From Octopus vulgaris (lineage: Eukaryota), in contig OX597829.1 of the NCBI GenBank assembly GCA_951406725.2, positions 54,250,001 through 54,314,000 on the forward strand: a DNA stretch of 64,000 nucleotides, given 5' to 3'. Positions within the stretch are counted from its first letter, which is position 1, and each line of letters starts with the position of its first letter. This document shows positions 39,581-54,385 of this stretch, in pieces. The position numbers and the translations under genes were made by a program. Below the pieces are notes generated by a model. That model saw only the letters and a program-made list of their open reading frames with translations, did no database searches and had not been told where the DNA came from.

Positions 39581-39674
<94 letters not shown>

Positions 39675-39700
39675 TATATATATATATCTATATATATATA

Positions 39701-39806
<106 letters not shown>

Positions 39807-40090
39807 TATATATATATATATGCATATATATATCTATATATATATATGCATATATATATATATATATGCATATATATATCTATATATATATATGCATATA
39901 TATATATATATATGCATATATATATCTATATATATATATGCATATATATATATATGCATATATATATATATGCATATATATATATGCATATATATATATA
40001 TATCTATATGTATATATATATGCATATATATATATATATATATGCATATATATATATGCATATATATATATATATATCTATATATATATA

Positions 40091-40537
40091 AAAATAATAG
40101 TTATCGCCATACTAATATGGCATTCTTATAAAAATAAGAAAAAAAGCTGTCCGCTTATTAGCTCCATGAGGCCATCGCCTTAAGTTAGCTATTTGATACA
40201 CAAACTGTATCCATATAACCTTCGAACAAGGGAGGTCAGTCGCTCCACACTACTTGACCGGCAGCTACAGACGCGTTTCGAGGTATTGCCCCTTTTCAAT
40301 GCAGCGTAGCCAGCCAGTAGGTGTCGCTTCCGACAATCTCTGTTCGATGGTTTTATTTACCTAGTTTCGGTGGAATACATCCACTTGTTTTCAATAATAG
40401 AAATATTAAAATAACTAAGTCTCTCTAAAAGAGAACAGCGGCAGCGTTCCCGGAAAATAATAGTTATCGCCATACTAATATGGCATTCTTATAAAAATAA
40501 GAAAAAAGCTGTCCGCTTATTAGCTCCATGAGGCCAT
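40091..40537 (-). mobile_element. Retrozyme-like ~363 nt monomer with ~85 nt terminal redundancy
   Basis: 40091-40175 is repeated at 40454-40537; contains the hammerhead at 40264-40305. Confidence 0.75.
40264..40305 (-). ncRNA. Type I hammerhead motif, U3-A8 variant
   Basis: GCUGCA-UUGAAAA-GGGG-caaua-CCUC-GAAAC-gc-GUC-UGUAGC. Confidence 0.8.
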
Positions 40538-41243
40538 ATAAACACCAAAGTTGACATGGCCCGCAGAATGTGTTCCTGGATTCTCAGAACTTTCCAGTCG
40601 AGAGATATCCACACCATTATCCTTCTCTTCTCCACTTTTGCCCGACCCCACCTTGAATACTGTTGTCCACTGTGGTCTCCCCACACAATACAAGGTATCA
40701 TAAAAGTTGAAGCACCTCAAAGGGCAATCACAAAAAAGATAGATGGCATGACAGGCCTCGACTATTGGGGTCGACTAGAAAAGCTAAAACTCTATTCTCT
40801 CCAACGTCGTCGTGAGCGCTACATCATCTGCATGATGTGGAAAATATTCCATCAGCATTGCCCAAATGATGTTGGCATCACCTTTAAGGTACATCCAAGG
40901 CTTGGGCCCCGTGCCATCCGCCCAAAACAAAAATCGCACTCTCATCTCATAACAACAATACGGCACAATTATTTCACCTCAATTGGCCCCGCTCTCTTTA
41001 ACATTACACCAAAACACATTAAAACAGAAACTGACCCTATAGGGTTCAAGAAGTCTTTGGACAGATTCCTTCAAGAAATCCCGGATAAACCCCCTACACC
41101 CGGATATGTCTCTGTAAACAATAACTCTCTACTTGAGTGGGCCATAGTGCCCAAATTCTGACTTGAAAGACTTCACCAGGTGGTGCTATTAAGTTAGACA
41201 TGGCCTGGGCCAATAATGGCCGAAACCTATCAAAGTATCAAAG
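40537..41243 (+). mobile_element. CR1/L2-group LINE 3' portion, copy 2 (near-identical to 38799-39504)
   Basis: Only ~3 differences seen by eye; reading frame intact. Confidence 0.9.
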
Positions 41244-41325
41244 TATATATATATATATATATATATATGCATATATATATATATATATCTATATATATAT
41301 ATATATGCATATATATATATATATA

Positions 41326-41387
<62 letters not shown>

Positions 41388-41830
41388 TATATATATATAT
41401 ATATATATCATCATCATCATCATCATCATTTAGCGTCCGTTTTCGTGTCAGCGGCTTTTACGTGTCACCGGCACGGGGGCCAGCCGAGGCTGGCAACAAA
41501 CACGAATGGATGGTACTTTTACGTGTCACCAACACGGGGCCAGACAGAGCTGGCAAACGGCCATGAACGGACGGTGCTTTTACGTGTCACCGGCACAGGG
41601 GCCAGCCGAGGCTGGCAACGAACACAAGCGGATGGTGCTTTTACGTGCCACCGACACGGGGCCAGACAGAGCTGGCAAACGGCCATGAACGGACGGTGCT
41701 TTTACGTGACACTGGCACAGGGGCCAGCTGAGGCTGGCAACGAACACGAACGGATGGTGCTTTTACGTGCCACTGACACGGGGGCCAGACAGAGCTATAT
41801 ATATCAATATATATATATATATATATATAT

Positions 41831-42170
41831 ATAATAGAAATATTAAAATTACTAAGTCTCTATAAAAGAGATTACGGCAGCTTTTACTGGAAATTAATTG
41901 TTATCGCCATATTAATATGGCATTCTTATAGATATAAGAATAATCGCTGCCGCTGGTCAGCTCCATGAGGCCACCGCCTTAAGATAGCTATTGATACACG
42001 ATCTGTATCCATTATAACCTTCGAACAAGGGAGGTCAGCCGCTTCACACTGCCAGTCCGACAGCTACAGACACGTTTCGGGGTATTGCCCCTTGTCAATG
42101 TAGCACAGTCAGACCCCGCAGGTGTCGCCACTGACGTCTCTGTTCGAAGGTTTCTATTTACCTAGTTTCA
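41831..42170 (-). mobile_element. Second, diverged and circularly permuted copy of the 363 nt unit
   Basis: Begins at the equivalent of 40394, crosses the monomer junction and ends at the equivalent of 40369. Confidence 0.75.
42063..42104 (-). ncRNA. Type I hammerhead motif, U3-A8 variant
   Basis: GCUACA-UUGACAA-GGGG-caaua-CCCC-GAAAC-gu-GUC-UGUAGC. Confidence 0.85.
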
Positions 42171-42188
42171 GTAATGATAATATATATA

Positions 42189-42399
<211 letters not shown>

Positions 42400-42431
42400 T
42401 ATATATATATATGCATATATATATATATATA

Positions 42432-42542
<111 letters not shown>

Positions 42543-42615
42543 TGTTTTATTTCGGAATGGTCATATTGCCAGTTTAGCCAATCAAAACACACGCACTATA
42601 TATTTGGTGTTATTT

Positions 42616-42697
<82 letters not shown>

Positions 42698-42741
42698 TAT
42701 ATATATATATGCATATATATATATATGCATATATATATATA

Positions 42742-42779
<38 letters not shown>

Positions 42780-42840
42780 TATATATATATATGCATATAT
42801 ATATATGCATATATATATATATGCATATATATATATATAT

Positions 42841-44403
<1,563 letters not shown>

Positions 44404-44665
44404 TATATATATATATATATATATTAATTAATAAGGGTGAGAGAATTAGATACTAATTTAATAGTATATTTATTCAACAATTGTCCCAAAATAATCTGTA
44501 TTTTTGTTATTTTTTATTTGCCCTGTCCGTGTGAGCTAACAGTCGTACTGACTTTCATGGGAAACATGTATTTTCGTGGTTGAAACCTTTTGGATTAACT
44601 GGTGCTAGAGTGAGCAATATAGTGACCACTCTCTTATATTTATATTATATATATATATATATATA

Positions 44666-44838
<173 letters not shown>

Positions 44839-44845
44839 TATATAT

Positions 44846-45086
44846 CATCATCATCATCATCGTTTAACGTCCGCTTTCCGCGCTAGCACGGGTTGGACGG
44901 TTTGACCGGGTCTGGGAAGCCAGGGGCCGCTCCAGGCTCCAGTCTGAATCTGGCAGAGTTTCTACGGCTGGATGCCCTTCCTAACGCCAACCACTCCGTG
45001 AGTGGATTGGGTGCTTTTTACGTGCCACCTGCACAGGGGCCGGAGGGTCCGGCATCGTCACGATCGGTTCGAGCATTTTAACGTGT
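44846..45086 (-). mobile_element. RTE 3' tail identical to 37857-38097
   Basis: The same 62 aa spurious ORF is listed at 37861 (-) and 44893 (+). Confidence 0.85.
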
Positions 45087-45239
45087 CGGAAGGTTGGGGT
45101 AAGGAGGAACGATGGCAGGAAGGGTTGGTGTAGGTTCCTAAGAAATAAAAACGTAGGATATTACGAGGCGGGAGGGTACTAAAAGGGGATGGTCGGATTG
45201 AGGCAGTGTCAGGAGGAAGCGTATATATATATATATATA

Positions 45240-45275
<36 letters not shown>

Positions 45276-45390
45276 TATATATATTTAAAAAAGATGTGGA
45301 ACACGAGTTGTGATATATAAAAAAAGGAAATGAAGAAAATGCTGACAAAATAATTTAAGTAAGGGAGAGTGTATTTAATTAGGTGAAAGT

Positions 45391-45428
45391 TCTTTACCGG
45401 TTGCGCATTTGTTATGCTTATCAAAAGA
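45391..45428 (-). ncRNA. Minimal hammerhead motif of the Penelope 3' region (U3-A8, A13C)
   Basis: UCUU-UUGAUAA-GCAU-aacaa-AUGC-GCAAC-cg-GUA-AAGA. Confidence 0.65.
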
Positions 45429-45983
45429 TATTTTTTTAAGAGAGATAGAGTTCCTTTCTGATAGATTTTTTTCTCTTATCTGACTTTATGTTGGGTTTGC
45501 TGTCTCTTATATGTGAAAAAAGAGGCTCCAGAGTTGTTTAAGATTTGCTTGGTTTCGCGCCTAAAATTTCTTGTGGACAATGGTCAATACAATTTTGATT
45601 GATCATTATAAAGGGGTCACGTGAATGTTTGAATGGAAGTTGGTGTTGGGGTAAGAAAATAGGCTCCAGAGATGTTAAAATTTGGCTAGTGTCGCGCCTA
45701 AAATTTCTTATTGGTCATAATAAAGAGGTCACGTGGATGTGGTCATAATAGAGAGGTCATGTGAATGTTTAGAATGAATGTTGATGTGGGTGGTGCATGG
45801 AGTTTTCGAAAATAGCGTTGTTGAAAATTCTTATTGTTCAGGCTGGTCAGTAGACGTCATGTGGATATTTTAAATAGCTTTTTAGTGCGTAGTTAAGGAG
45901 TGTATTTTCCGCTTGACTGAATTTGAGCTGGATAAGTAAGTTCGTTTAGGACAGGAAGAGCTATATGTATGTATGTGTGCGCG

Positions 45984-46016
<33 letters not shown>

Positions 46017-46300
46017 ATATATATGTTGGGGCGCGCGCGCGTGTATATATGTGTGCGTGTGTGGGTACAATTTTCAATATTTATAGTTCTGCTGGCCTTG
46101 TGCCTGTATCGGGAAGCAACGTATTTGTGTGAAGTCAATATTTACAGTCATTTCCAAAAAATAGTGTTGGATGTTTTGCACCCGTATCAAATTATGTGTA
46201 TGTGTGGAACCATATATTTGCGTGTGTCATGGTGTTAATATCTGGGTAAAAGTGTGTGTAGGGTGTGTGCAGGTGTAAGTGTGTTTGTTGTGGGTTCGTG

Positions 46301-46765
46301 TTAGGGGGATGTGTTTAGAAGTGGTCTGTATTTATTAATAAGGTGGGATTCCATGGTTATTCGCTGGGTATGAGTGGCACTGTCTTTAAATTTGTAGAGG
46401 GGAAAGATTCTAAAATTGGGATGAAGTTGTGCGGCACAGGTATCAATATGTGCACTAAGTGCTATTTTTCTGTATTCCTGTATTTTTATTTGGGATCTGT
46501 GGACAGTCATGCGTTGGCGGAGGCTATTTTTAGTTTGGCCTATGTAGTGTTCATTACAGCCCGAGCAAGTTAAGACATATACTAGGTTTTCTGATGTGCA
46601 TGTGAAGTTGTGTTTTACTGTGAAACATTGTCCTTGTTTAAAAAGGAATTCTGGACCTTCTATTAGGTTGATGCATATACCACAGTTGGGTCTATTGCAT
46701 TTGTTTACTGTGGGTTTAGTTGTTGTGATTGGCAGTACTTTGGCATTTATTAGGATGGTTTTCAA
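46301..46765 (-). pseudogene. GIY-YIG endonuclease of the Penelope-like element (separated from the RT by a stop)
   Basis: Cys linker CNRPNCGIC, then NLVYVLTCSGCNEHYIGQTKNSLRQRMTVH..E..I..LN. Confidence 0.9.
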
Positions 46766-46792
46766 TGATTTCGTGTGTTAGGAGGATTTGGT

Positions 46793-47947
46793 TCATTCTA
46801 GAGTATGGGGTTTCGATGTAACAGGTTTAGGGCGTCTAAGTTCCTGTGTGCTGAGTTTTAGGGCACGTTGGATCCCATTGTCAATTAGTGACGTGGGGTA
46901 ATCCCTGCTTGTTAATGTGTCCTTAAGTTCTTGTAGAGGTAAGAGACGGGTGTTTTTATTGGAGACTATAGTGCAAATTCTCTTGGCTAAGTTGTAGGGA
47001 ATGTTAATTTTAACATGTCTAGGGTGGCATGAATTGAAAGGGAGGTATTGCTTGGAGTCTGTGGGCTTGTAGTATATGTCTGTTTCTATTTTTTTGTTGT
47101 GAATTTTAATGAGGATGTCGAGGAAGGGAATTTGTTGACGGCTGTATTCCATTGTGAAAATAATGTTTGTGTTGAGCCCATTTATAAGGGTGTGAAATTC
47201 TTTTAGCTTCTCGATGGTTTCGGGCCAAAGGATGAAGCAGTCATCAAGATATCTCTTCCAGTTCTTCTCTATGTGTGTGTGGAGAGTGGTGCCAAATTGG
47301 TTAAGAACGTTATTATAGGGAGTGATTTCCAGGTATCCCATGACTAGGTTGGCGTAAGTGGGAGCTGTTTTCGTTCCCATTGCCGTCCCTGATTTCTGTC
47401 TGTAGAATTTGTTGTTGAAGGTGAAGAAATTATTCTCTAAGATGAATTTGAGTCCTTCTAAAATAAATTCCTTTTTGATGCGGTGTGGGAGTTCGTTGGA
47501 GTAATTATCCAGCCAGAATTGGATAGCTTCTATTCCTAGATTGTGGGGGATGTTGGAGTAAAGATTAACTACATCGAATGTTACTAGCAGGGTTTGTTCA
47601 GCAAGAAGTGTATTGGGGAGGTGGTTGAGCATATCTAGATCGTCCCTTATGTAGCTTTTAATGTGTTTGAGGAAGGGCTTGAGAAGGGTATCAATGAAGT
47701 TGCTAAGGCGGTGGGTTTCGCAAGCGGGACCTGCTATTATAGGTCTCAATTTGAGGTCATTTGGTGAGGGGACATTGATTACAGAGTTTGTGGCTTCCTT
47801 GCATGCCTTACTTATTAATTCGCTTTTATGAATTTTGGGAATACCGTAGAAGAGGCTGGTTTTACTAGTGAAATTTGTGATGAAGTTGAATTCTTTGTTA
47901 GTGAGTTCTTCTTTGTGGGGGTTGATCAGGGTTTTTAAGTTTCTCAT
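46793..47947 (-). pseudogene. Penelope-like reverse transcriptase
   Basis: FYGIPKIHK, LRPII, FDVVNLYSNIP, GTAMG, RYLDD, IPFLD, YYKPT, SCHP. Confidence 0.92.
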
Positions 47948-48049
47948 AATTTTCTGTTGATTGTAGTGTTCAGCCTATATATATATATATGCATATATAT
48001 ATGCATATATATATATATATATATGCATATATATATATATATATATATA

Positions 48050-48412
48050 CATGCAGGTGACACGTAAAAGCACCATCCATTCGTGGCCGTTTGCCAACCC
48101 TGTCTGGCCCCCGTGTCGGTGGCATGTAAAAGCACCATCCGTTCGTGTCCGTTGCCAGCCTCGCCTGGCCCCATGCCGGTGACACGTAAAAGCACCATCC
48201 GTTCATGGCCGTTTGCCAGCTCTGTCTGGCACCTGTGTGGATGGCACGTAAAAAGCACCCACTACACTCACGGAGTGGTTGGCGTTAGGAAGGGCATCCA
48301 GCCGTAGAAACACTGCCAGATCTGACTGGGCCTGATGAAGCCTTCCAGCTTCACAGACCCCAGTTGAACCGTCCAACCCATGCTAGCATGGAGAACGGAT
48401 GCTAAATGATGA

Positions 48413-48451
<39 letters not shown>

Positions 48452-49073
48452 TATATATATAAACATATGGCTTCTGTGCCGGTGGCACATAAAAAGCACC
48501 AACCGATCGTGGGATCCCGGAACATCTCGCTGTGCTTGAGGAGACCTGTTGAGTCAAGTGCATGTACATGAACATCGAACCAAATATCAATGGAAACAGT
48601 AGTTGTGATACCTGTGCCGGTGACACATAAAAAGCACCATCCGAACGTGGCTGTTGCCAGTGCAGCCTCCACTGGCTTCTGTGCCGGTGGCACATAAAAA
48701 GCACCATCCGAACGTGACCGATGCCAACCCTGCCTCGAATGGCTTCTGTGCCGGTGGCACATAAAAAGCACCATCCGAATGTGGCCGATGCCAGCACCGC
48801 TTTGACTGGCTTCTGTGCCAGTGGCACATAAAAAAGCACCAACCGATCGTGGCCGATGCCAGACCCCTCTGGCACCTGTGCAGTTGGCACGTAAAAAGCA
48901 CCCACTACACTCATGGAGTGGTTGGCGTTAGGAAGGGCATCCAGCTGTAGAAACACTGCCAGATCAGACTGGAGCCTGGGGCAGCCCCTGGCTCTCCAGA
49001 CCCCCGGTCGAACCGTCCAACCCGTGCTAGCGCGGAAAACGGACGTTAAACAATGATGATGATGATGATGATG
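48050..49073 (+). repeat. Two RTE 3' UTR/tail fragments with ~58 nt tandem units
   Basis: Repeated tggcac(g/a)taaaaagcaccatcc units ending in conserved (GAT)n tails; similar arrays at 41455-41790, 53470-53700 and 62860-63190. Confidence 0.85.
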
Positions 49074-49483
49074 ATATATGCATATATATATATATGCATA
49101 TATATATATGTACACATGTATATATATGTACACATGGGTGTGTGTGTGTGTGAGCATATATATCTATGACCATGGGAACCAAACCTCACTGGTTTATCTA
49201 GTTTAAAGAGGTCACATACAACAGGCAGAAGAGATTCTGCCATACAAATGACTTTGTGAAAAACAGTAATTAGCATTACATTCTTGGCTGTTGTCATTTA
49301 CACTTTCCAACAACTCCAGTCTTTTGTAACAAAAAGTTGAATGGTCTGGTGTTAACAACCTATACTTCTTGACAAAATGCTGTTCAAATGGCAGAAAGCA
49401 GTATGCAAATAAAATTGTATGTACATTGTTGTCACTCCTACACTCATCTCTCTTTCACATGTACAATACATATGCAATATATC

Positions 49484-49833
49484 ATGACCTCCACCTTAGC
49501 GAAGGCAGAGGTATTGTTTTCAGTCGTGTTTGTTTGTCTGGATAAGGTATCTCAAGAACCACTGGATGCATTCGGATGAAACTTTCAGGAATGTCTGGCC
49601 TCAGGACTGGCATGCACTGATTAGATTTTGGGATTGATCCGGTGCTGGACAAAGATTCAGGATTATTTTTCCTGTTTTTTTACTTAATTTTTGAGAGCAG
49701 TTAGGTTCATTTTTAGTATTCTCGTTTGTGAGATCAGTCGAGTTTATTTCAGATATTCTCATTTTAAAAATCATCATTGAAAGGACGTTGGTGTTGCCTT
49801 GGAGGAGGTTTACGCTCTCTGAGTGCTCTTGTT
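49484..49833 (+). mobile_element. DINE-1/Helentron-like non-autonomous element
   Basis: Subterminal inverted repeats acctccacc / ggaggaggt, a nearby partial inversion, gtttgtttgtctg repeats and a 3' hairpin cgctctctgagtg. Confidence 0.6.
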
Positions 49834-50663
49834 AGTATTTAATGTTTTTGTTCAATGCTGGCATGGGTTGAACATTTGGGCTGAAACCAACAAGACAGCA
49901 TTGTGCCCCACTGTCTGCTTTGATATGTTTTTTTATGGTCGGATGCATTTCTAACACCAATGACTTCACAGCGTGTACTAGGTACTTTTCTTTTAATTTC
50001 TTTTGGTACCACTAGTATTTGTGAGATCACCATGTAGCTTACGAGACTACAATCCCTGAGATATGTGGTTTTATGTGGTTTTATTGTAGAAGATGTGAAG
50101 TTAAATTATGAGAGAAGGGAACAGAGCAGAACAGCCTTTGGACTGTAGAGGGGTCACATGGCTGCACACATTTTATAAAGAAAAGAGGGTGGAGATGATT
50201 AATATGCAATGGGTAAAAAGACATACCTGGAACCATAAGTTTATCTTTAATATTCTTGCCCATTCAGCTGTGCATAACTGAATGGGCAAGAATATTAAAG
50301 AACTCTCTTGATCTGGAAACATCTTAAATTCCCGGATGGAAGTCTTCAGACCCTACTTACACTTCAGGAGATATTTGTGGATAGCAGTCTAAGGGAGACT
50401 GTTCTCCTTTGTCTGTTCAACAACTATCCATGAGATATTTTCTTTCTCCACTCTGATGAAAGGTTATATGCCATTGACTATTAGGGTCCAAAGAGATGGT
50501 GTAAAGCTAAGTGCATTATGGATGCGAAACCCTGGGTAACCCCATAGACTGGCCATAACCATCTTTATCTAAATACTCTATTGCTCTATTACTTGGACTG
50601 TACTTCACTTTTGGATTTATGAATTACCGACGATATATCATCATCATCATCATCATCGTTTAA

Positions 50664-50699
50664 CTTTCTGTAGAAGAGCGTAGGCTCGAAACGTAAAAG
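50664..50699 (+). ncRNA. Minimal hammerhead-like motif, A6U core
   Basis: CUUU-CUGUAGA-a-GAGC-guag-GCUC-GAAAC-GUA-AAAG. Confidence 0.6.
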
Positions 50700-50791
50700 A
50701 CTTTTTCTATTCCTGAGCGTTGTACTAATACATCTGTCTGTTTTGTACACCACTTGTCTTCCTCTTTTGTTTTTTTCGTAAACTCTCCCTA

Positions 50792-50826
<35 letters not shown>

Positions 50827-51017
50827 ACACACACACACATAACTCCAAGAAAGTTAGGGGTTGTGAATCCAACCATCTAAGGGATAATATCTATCCAATA
50901 TACTGCTGGTAGAATACCCAATTATTAATACACAAGTGTTTTTTATTGCATTGCAATTACATTACCGAGTGTACTAAATGGGTGAAGGGAAAGAGATATT
51001 TTACCATTAATTTATAG

Positions 51018-51237
51018 AGCAATGAGAATATGGAGGGGATCAATAGGTGGTTCATCAACTTTTAGACATTATATTAATTTATTTATTTACTAAACTATAT
51101 TTTATATGTAAAGAATAATATGTTATATGTATGTATATTATTGTAATTATCAGTTTAGTAAATAAATAAATAAGTTAACATAATATAATGTCTAAAAGTT
51201 GATGAACCACCTATTGATCCCCTCTATTTTCTTATTG

Positions 51238-51239
<2 letters not shown>
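51018..51239. repeat. AT-rich foldback next to (TA)n
   Basis: gaggggatcaataggtggttcatcaacttttagacattat and its reverse complement; ~80 bp arms. Confidence 0.8.
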
Positions 51240-51271
<32 letters not shown>

Positions 51272-51289
51272 TATTTTAGTATTTTAACT

Positions 51290-51605
51290 ATTTTAAAATG
51301 TTTCAACTGCAAAGCTGCGGTCATGCTGGAGCGCCACTGTTGACTGAGCTACACCATTACTTGGAACCTTCTCCAATATGTGGCATTTGGTCAATGAGGG
51401 AGTTTGATGCTGCTGCCCTCATCTGTGTTTCCTCCCATAAGGTCGGTTCGTCTGGAACCCGCAATGGAAAGAGATCCAGTTTTGTTTTAAAGACACTGAC
51501 ATCCACACCATGCAGGTCTCTGAGGCATTTTAGGAGGATATTAAAGAGCTGTGGGCCCTTGAAGCCCAAGCTGTTGCAATATCTGGTCCTGTATTTTGAA
51601 GGCGA
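51290..51605 (-). mobile_element. 3' fragment of the 31825-34690 LINE family
   Basis: SPSKYRTRYCNSLGFKGPQLFNIL...AAASNSLIDQ. Confidence 0.85.
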
Positions 51606-52938
51606 TATATATTTATATACACACCCACACCGATACATACACACACACATACATGCATACACACATACACACACACACATAGGCACATCATTATCATCAT
51701 CATCATCATCATCATTTTAACGTCCATTGTTCGTGCTGGTTTGGGTTGGATGGTTTGACCAAGGCTGGTAAACAGAGGGGCTGCACCAGACTACTCTCTG
51801 ATTTGGTATGGCTCCTACGGCTGGATGCTCTCCCTAATGCTAACCACTCTGAGAGTTTAATGGGTGTTTTTACGTGCAAATGGCACAGGTGCCAATTGTG
51901 TGATACCAGCATCTGCTATGACTATGGTTTCACTTGGCTTGATGGGTCTTCTTCTCAAGCATGGCATATGGCCAAAGGTCTCGGTCATTTGTCATTGTCT
52001 CTGTAAAACCCAATGTGCCACCAGCAATGGTGCCAGATGCCTCCACGAGGCCCATTTCGAGATTTTTTTTTTTTTAACTGCTTTAAAAAAGTATTGACTA
52101 TTTTCCTTTTATTTTCTTTTATTTGTTTCAGTCATTTGACTGTGGCCATACTGGAGCACCACCTTTAGTCGAAGAAATCGACCCCAGGACTTATTTTTTG
52201 TAAGCCTAGTACTTATTCTATTGGTCTCTTTTGCTGAACCACTAGGTTGCGGGGACATAAACACACCAAAATCGGTTGTCAAGCAATGGTGGGGGACAAA
52301 TACAGACACACAAATACATACTTACACGATGGATTTCTTTTAGTTTCCGTCTACCAAATCCACTCACAAGGTTTTGGTGGGCCCGAGGCTATAGTAGAAG
52401 ACACTTGTCCAAGGTGCCACATAGTGGGACTGAACCTGGAACCATGTGGCTGGTAAACAAGCTTCTTACCACACAGCCACTCCTATTGTCACAAAGAATT
52501 TTGACCATAGCAATGATCTGCCAATAGTATCCCTTGCTATCCAGAAGATAGGTTCAAACAGCTTAAATCATTTATTTTGTTTTAAGCAGAAAGATATAAT
52601 ATCCCATCATAAAGACCGCACCTAGTTTATCAGTTGTTAGCATTGTTGGCCTAAGAGAAGAAATATGTCCTAAGTGCAATAAAAACATATATATAGTTGT
52701 TGCACTTGATGGCATTCTAGGATAAGTTCTAGAGATATACGTAAATCAATGAAAATGAGTTATACAAGATAAGGTAAAAAAAAAAAAAAAAATCAGCTAT
52801 ATCAGTAAATAATATACATTCCTATGAGAAATAAAATAAAACCAATCTTCAATGCAGTTAAAAAAGATTTACAGGGTTTCAAAAATATTGATGGAAACTA
52901 AAAGTAAAGTGAAAATTACTTTCAGCATAAGCAACCTA

Positions 52939-52982
<44 letters not shown>

Positions 52983-53155
52983 ATCCAAGCATGAAAACAC
53001 AAAGAGAAAACACTACAACGCGAGGACGTGGAACAAATATAGTATTATTGGACGCTCAGGAAGGAAGGGAAGAAGGTTTGTACGTTTTGAGTGGAGCTCT
53101 TTGTCAGAAACATAGGAAAAGGAAAGATCCAGAGAAGGGAAGACGGAGTAAAATA

Positions 53156-53199
<44 letters not shown>

Positions 53200-54385
53200 C
53201 CAGGAAGACCTGGGATGATGTGGTGAAGCATGAGCTTTGAACATTGGGCCTCACTGAGGCAATGGCAAATCAACAAGACCTTTGGAGGTATTCTGTGCTT
53301 GAGAAAATTCGGCAAGACAAGTGAGACCGTACCCATGGCCTATGCCAGTGCAGCATAACCAACCCATTTAAAAGTACCTTTCAATCATTGGGCAATAAAC
53401 TGTGCTGTGTTGACCTGTTGAAGCAAGTGAAGTCATTGTCGTGACCGATGACAGTATCGCCAGATTGGCACCCATGCTGGTGGCATGCTAAAAGCACCAT
53501 TTGAGCATGGTCAATTGCCAGTGCTACCTAACTGGCTCCCATGCTGGTGGCATGTAAAAAGCACCATTCGAGCATGGTCGTTGCCAGTGCCACCTAACTG
53601 GCTCCTGTACCAGTGGCACATAAAAAGCACCATTTGAGGATGATTGATGCCAGTACTGCCTGACTGGCCCTCATGCCAGTGGCATGTAAAAAGCACAAAA
53701 ACACTCTTGGAGTGGTTGACATTAGGGAGGGCATCCAGTTGTAGAAACTTTACCAGATTAGATTGGAGAGTGTTGCAGCCTTCTGGCTTGCCAGTCCTCT
53801 GTTGATCCATCCATCCAACCCATGCCAGCATGGAAAAACGGACATTAAGCGACAATGATGATGATGATGATGATGATATATATAGGCGTTAGGAAGGGTA
53901 TCCAGCCGTAGAAACATTGTCAGATCAGACTGGGCCTGGTGCAGCCTTCTGGCTTCCCAGACCCCAGTTGAACCATCCAACCCATGCTAGCATGGAAAGC
54001 AGATGCTAAATGATGATGATGATGGTATATATATGTATATAATTATATTTATATATATATAAATGGAGTTAAACTCAGATGCTATTCAAATCTTTATACT
54101 TCCATCATATGCAAAATCGCAGTCGTGACAGATACCAGTGTCATACAAATTGGCCAGTGGCACATAAAAGCACCCATTACACTCTTGGAATAGTTGGCAT
54201 TAGAAAGGGCATCCAGCTGTAGAAAACCATGCCAAATCAGACTGGAGTCTGGTGCAGCCTTTCAGCATGCCAGCCCAGTCAAACTGTCCAACCCATGCCA
54301 GCATGGACAATGGATGTTAAATGATGATGATAATGACGATGGCGATGATAATGATGACAATGATGTATATATATATATATATATA

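Larger units (their letters stand above)
45285..47975 (-). mobile_element. Penelope-like retroelement, 5'-truncated, with a ~1 kb 3' non-coding region carrying a hammerhead
   Basis: RT and GIY-YIG ORFs followed by a hammerhead motif on the same strand; bounded by (TA)n arrays. Confidence 0.9.

Noticed and set aside
41455-41790. CRISPR-like repeat-spacer array
   Set aside because: Eukaryotic context, spacers are themselves repeated, and the array belongs to the RTE 3' UTR.
44520-44580. GAAACATGTA with palindromic stem III in a TA-bounded unit
   Set aside because: No convincing upstream core or stem I; could be a decayed member but is unsupported.
49170-49400. Possible minus-strand host exon
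   Set aside because: Short open frames with no homology or consistent splice phase.
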